From IMG/VR virus record IMGVR_UViG_3300045988_018446, positions 1-5,681 of that record: a DNA stretch of 5,681 nucleotides; one strand, 5' to 3'. The position numbers and the translations under genes are program-made. The stretch is from a virus. Below the pieces are notes generated by a model. That model was not told the origin of the DNA and made no database searches. It was given only the letters and a program-made list of their open reading frames with translations. This document shows positions 4,870 to 5,681 of the stretch, piece by piece. Position 1 is the first letter of the stretch. Every line of letters starts with the position of its first letter.

Positions 4870-4910
4870 CACGCACGTGCGTGCGCGATTACGTGCGCGC
4901 GCGTGCGTGT
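4870..4910. repeat. Alternating purine-pyrimidine GC-rich tract that is both Z-DNA-prone and an imperfect palindrome forming an 18-bp hairpin
   Basis: Positions 4870..4887 (18 nt) and 4890..4910 (21 nt) alternate Py/Pu perfectly, with one phase break at 4888..4889. Positions 4870..4887 pair with 4892..4909 as 15 Watson-Crick pairs plus 3 G-T pairs on the plus strand, with loop atta. ACGCACGTGCGT (4871..4882) is a perfect 12-nt palindrome. Confidence 0.85.
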
Positions 4911-4914
4911 CAAT

Positions 4915-4967
4915 ATGAAATAAAATACTCAGCCAAGTATATATACTTGATAGTTACTTGGCTGAGT
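4915..4967 (-). terminator. Hairpin plus U-rich tail 12 nt downstream of the VP4 stop. It is the likely terminator of the long minus-strand operon.
   Basis: Positions 4927..4939 (actcagccaagta) pair perfectly with 4955..4967 (tacttggctgagt), giving a 13-bp stem and a 15-nt loop. On the minus-sense RNA the hairpin is followed by AUUUUAUUUCAU. Nested inside is a perfect 16-nt palindrome, caagtatatatacttg (4934..4949), which offers an alternative fold. Confidence 0.6.
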
Positions 4968-4979
4968 GACACCAAAGTG

Positions 4980-5681
4980 TCAAAATACACCTTTGGCTTT
5001 GCTCATCTTCTTGGACATGGATGCTTCCTTGTCCTTTAGCTGCTCTGCGTATGACTTATCTGTTTCCGCGTTTCTTTCGATTAGGGACGCAATGGCTTTT
5101 TCTTGCCGATACTGTTTGATTCTCCACGCTTTTTCAGGGTTCTCCGCTTCCAGTTTTCGCCAGTAGTATTCCGGTATGGCTGCTCTCTTGCCGTTGGTAA
5201 GCTGTATGTATCCCTGTTGCCAGAGTCGCTCTTGATGGTCTTGAAACCATTGGTCTCCGAGTCCCGGCTTTCGGCTCATTGTGCAAAATGGAGGTATTAA
5301 ACCCATTTTTTGGTAACGCTTTTTGTCGTTGCCGTATAGTTTCTTTGTCACGTACCCTGCAACATAATTATATGTCTCCGGTGTTGCCTGTGCTATGTCA
5401 ACTGCACCTTGTCCCCAGATTTTGACCAGCTTATCACTTGTGTAGTGGCCGTGTCTGGATAGCTTGTGTATAGGTTTTAAGTCGTCAGGATGCCATCCGT
5501 ATAGTATCATGTGATAGTGTGGTCTCGCTGTGTTGTCTCCATACTCTCCGGCTAAAAAGTATCTCAGTGGCTCTTTGACGGCCTTTCTTAGCCTTTTAAT
5601 AAAGAGTTGGGTATCCTCCACGCTCAATGTTTGCGTCGTTCTCGGACGCTCTGAGGTGCCTTTCCATATATTTATGCCGCC
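4980..5681 (-). CDS. VP4: Replication initiator VP4, C-terminal segment (233 aa plus stop). It continues across the circular junction.
   Basis: The frame stays open from 5681 down to the TGA at 4980..4982. The HUH motif PHYHMILYG has its His codons at 5517..5519 and 5511..5513. The two-tyrosine motif YVAGYVTKK has Tyr codons at 5364..5366 and 5352..5354, with the YxxxY spacing seen in phiX174 protein A. The track's start at 5627 is an internal TTG (Leu). Confidence 0.9.
   Translation of the reverse strand, partial: GGINIWKGTSERPRTTQTLSVEDTQLFIKRLRKAVKEPLRYFLAGEYGDNTARPHYHMILYGWHPDDLKPIHKLSRHGHYTSDKLVKIWGQGAVDIAQATPETYNYVAGYVTKKLYGNDKKRYQKMGLIPPFCTMSRKPGLGDQWFQDHQERLWQQGYIQLTNGKRAAIPEYYWRKLEAENPEKAWRIKQYRQEKAIASLIERNAETDKSYAEQLKDKEASMSKKMSKAKGVF
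5605..5681. repeat. Terminal direct repeat, copy 2. This is redundant sequence and should be trimmed to circularise.
   Basis: It is identical to 1..77. The Rep reading frame continues in frame from 5681 into position 78. Confidence 0.95.

Noticed and set aside
4640-4870. The repeat-rich region could be a CRISPR array, a tRNA or another RNA gene.
   Set aside because: The repeats are only 7 to 11 nt and tandem or closely paired, not 25 to 40-nt repeats separated by unique spacers. No cloverleaf or T-loop (GTTCRANYC) signature is present. The region lies between a terminator and the upstream side of the promoter, so it is probably not transcribed.
4864-4872. TAATATCAC is one mismatch from the CRESS/geminivirus nonanucleotide TAATATTAC and lies next to the GC hairpin.
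   Set aside because: It sits at the foot of the stem rather than in the loop (the loop is atta). It is embedded in a TAA microsatellite, where such strings arise trivially. It also belongs to a different Rep superfamily context than a two-tyrosine phiX-type Rep.
4529-4918. A 129-aa plus-strand ORF spans the non-coding region.
   Set aside because: It starts at TTG with no SD and lies on the strand opposite every real gene. Its translation (…FPHFQHFQQVFHEKLHK…YYYDYNKLIINNNNITHVRARLRARACVSI) simply reads through the DNA repeats, the TAA microsatellite and the alternating GC tract. It is open by chance in repetitive sequence.
151-5300. These are the other plus-strand ORFs in the track: 151..357, 423..659, 818..1021, 1472..2047, 2324..2683, 2826..3029, 3032..3250, 3275..3643, 3624..3806, 4105..4350, 4966..5166 and 5103..5300.
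   Set aside because: All are antisense to well-supported minus-strand genes. Their products are Cys/Leu/Arg/Ser-rich, typical of antisense frames. None has a recognisable motif or RBS. Known Microviridae encode all genes on one strand.

Overview
The window is one complete circular genome of a gokushovirus-like member of the Microviridae (ssDNA phage), plus a 77-nt assembly overlap. Positions 1..77 are identical to 5605..5681, so the unique circle is 5,604 nt. All convincing genes lie on the window minus strand, which fits a single-sense microvirus. Reading along that strand, the order is: a strong promoter, a 58-aa Cys-rich ORF, a terminator, a 48-aa ORF, a 73-aa ORF, a 39-aa very basic VP8/J-like protein, a 32-aa hydrophobic peptide, a VP5-like 78-aa protein, VP3 scaffold, VP1 major capsid (550 aa), an attenuator hairpin, VP2 pilot protein (281 aa) and VP4 Rep (339 aa). 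VP4 is split by the linearisation point. It starts at 395, runs off the left edge, re-enters at 5681 and stops at 4980. The ORF track's start at 5627 is an internal TTG created by the window edge. The core genes are ordinary. The unusual part is the roughly 1.35-kb non-core arc (3626..4979), especially the ~450-nt non-coding stretch 4530..4979. That stretch holds three same-orientation DnaA-box matches (one perfect TTATCCACA) and six copies of TTCAACA in three tandem pairs. It also holds a trinucleotide-periodic tract running into a pure A/T (TAA)n block, a 41-nt alternating purine-pyrimidine GC tract that folds as an 18-bp hairpin, and a 13-bp hairpin whose loop carries CTTGATA, the phiX174/pC194-type nick motif. 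Next to it is a self-contained cassette: a perfect sigma70 promoter, a 58-aa Cys-rich ORF and an intrinsic terminator. Strong GGAGG-type ribosome-binding sites, the TTGACA-17-TGnTATAAT promoter and intrinsic terminators suggest a Firmicutes- or Proteobacteria-type host rather than Bacteroidota. No database search was possible, so all family assignments rest on motifs I recognise by eye.
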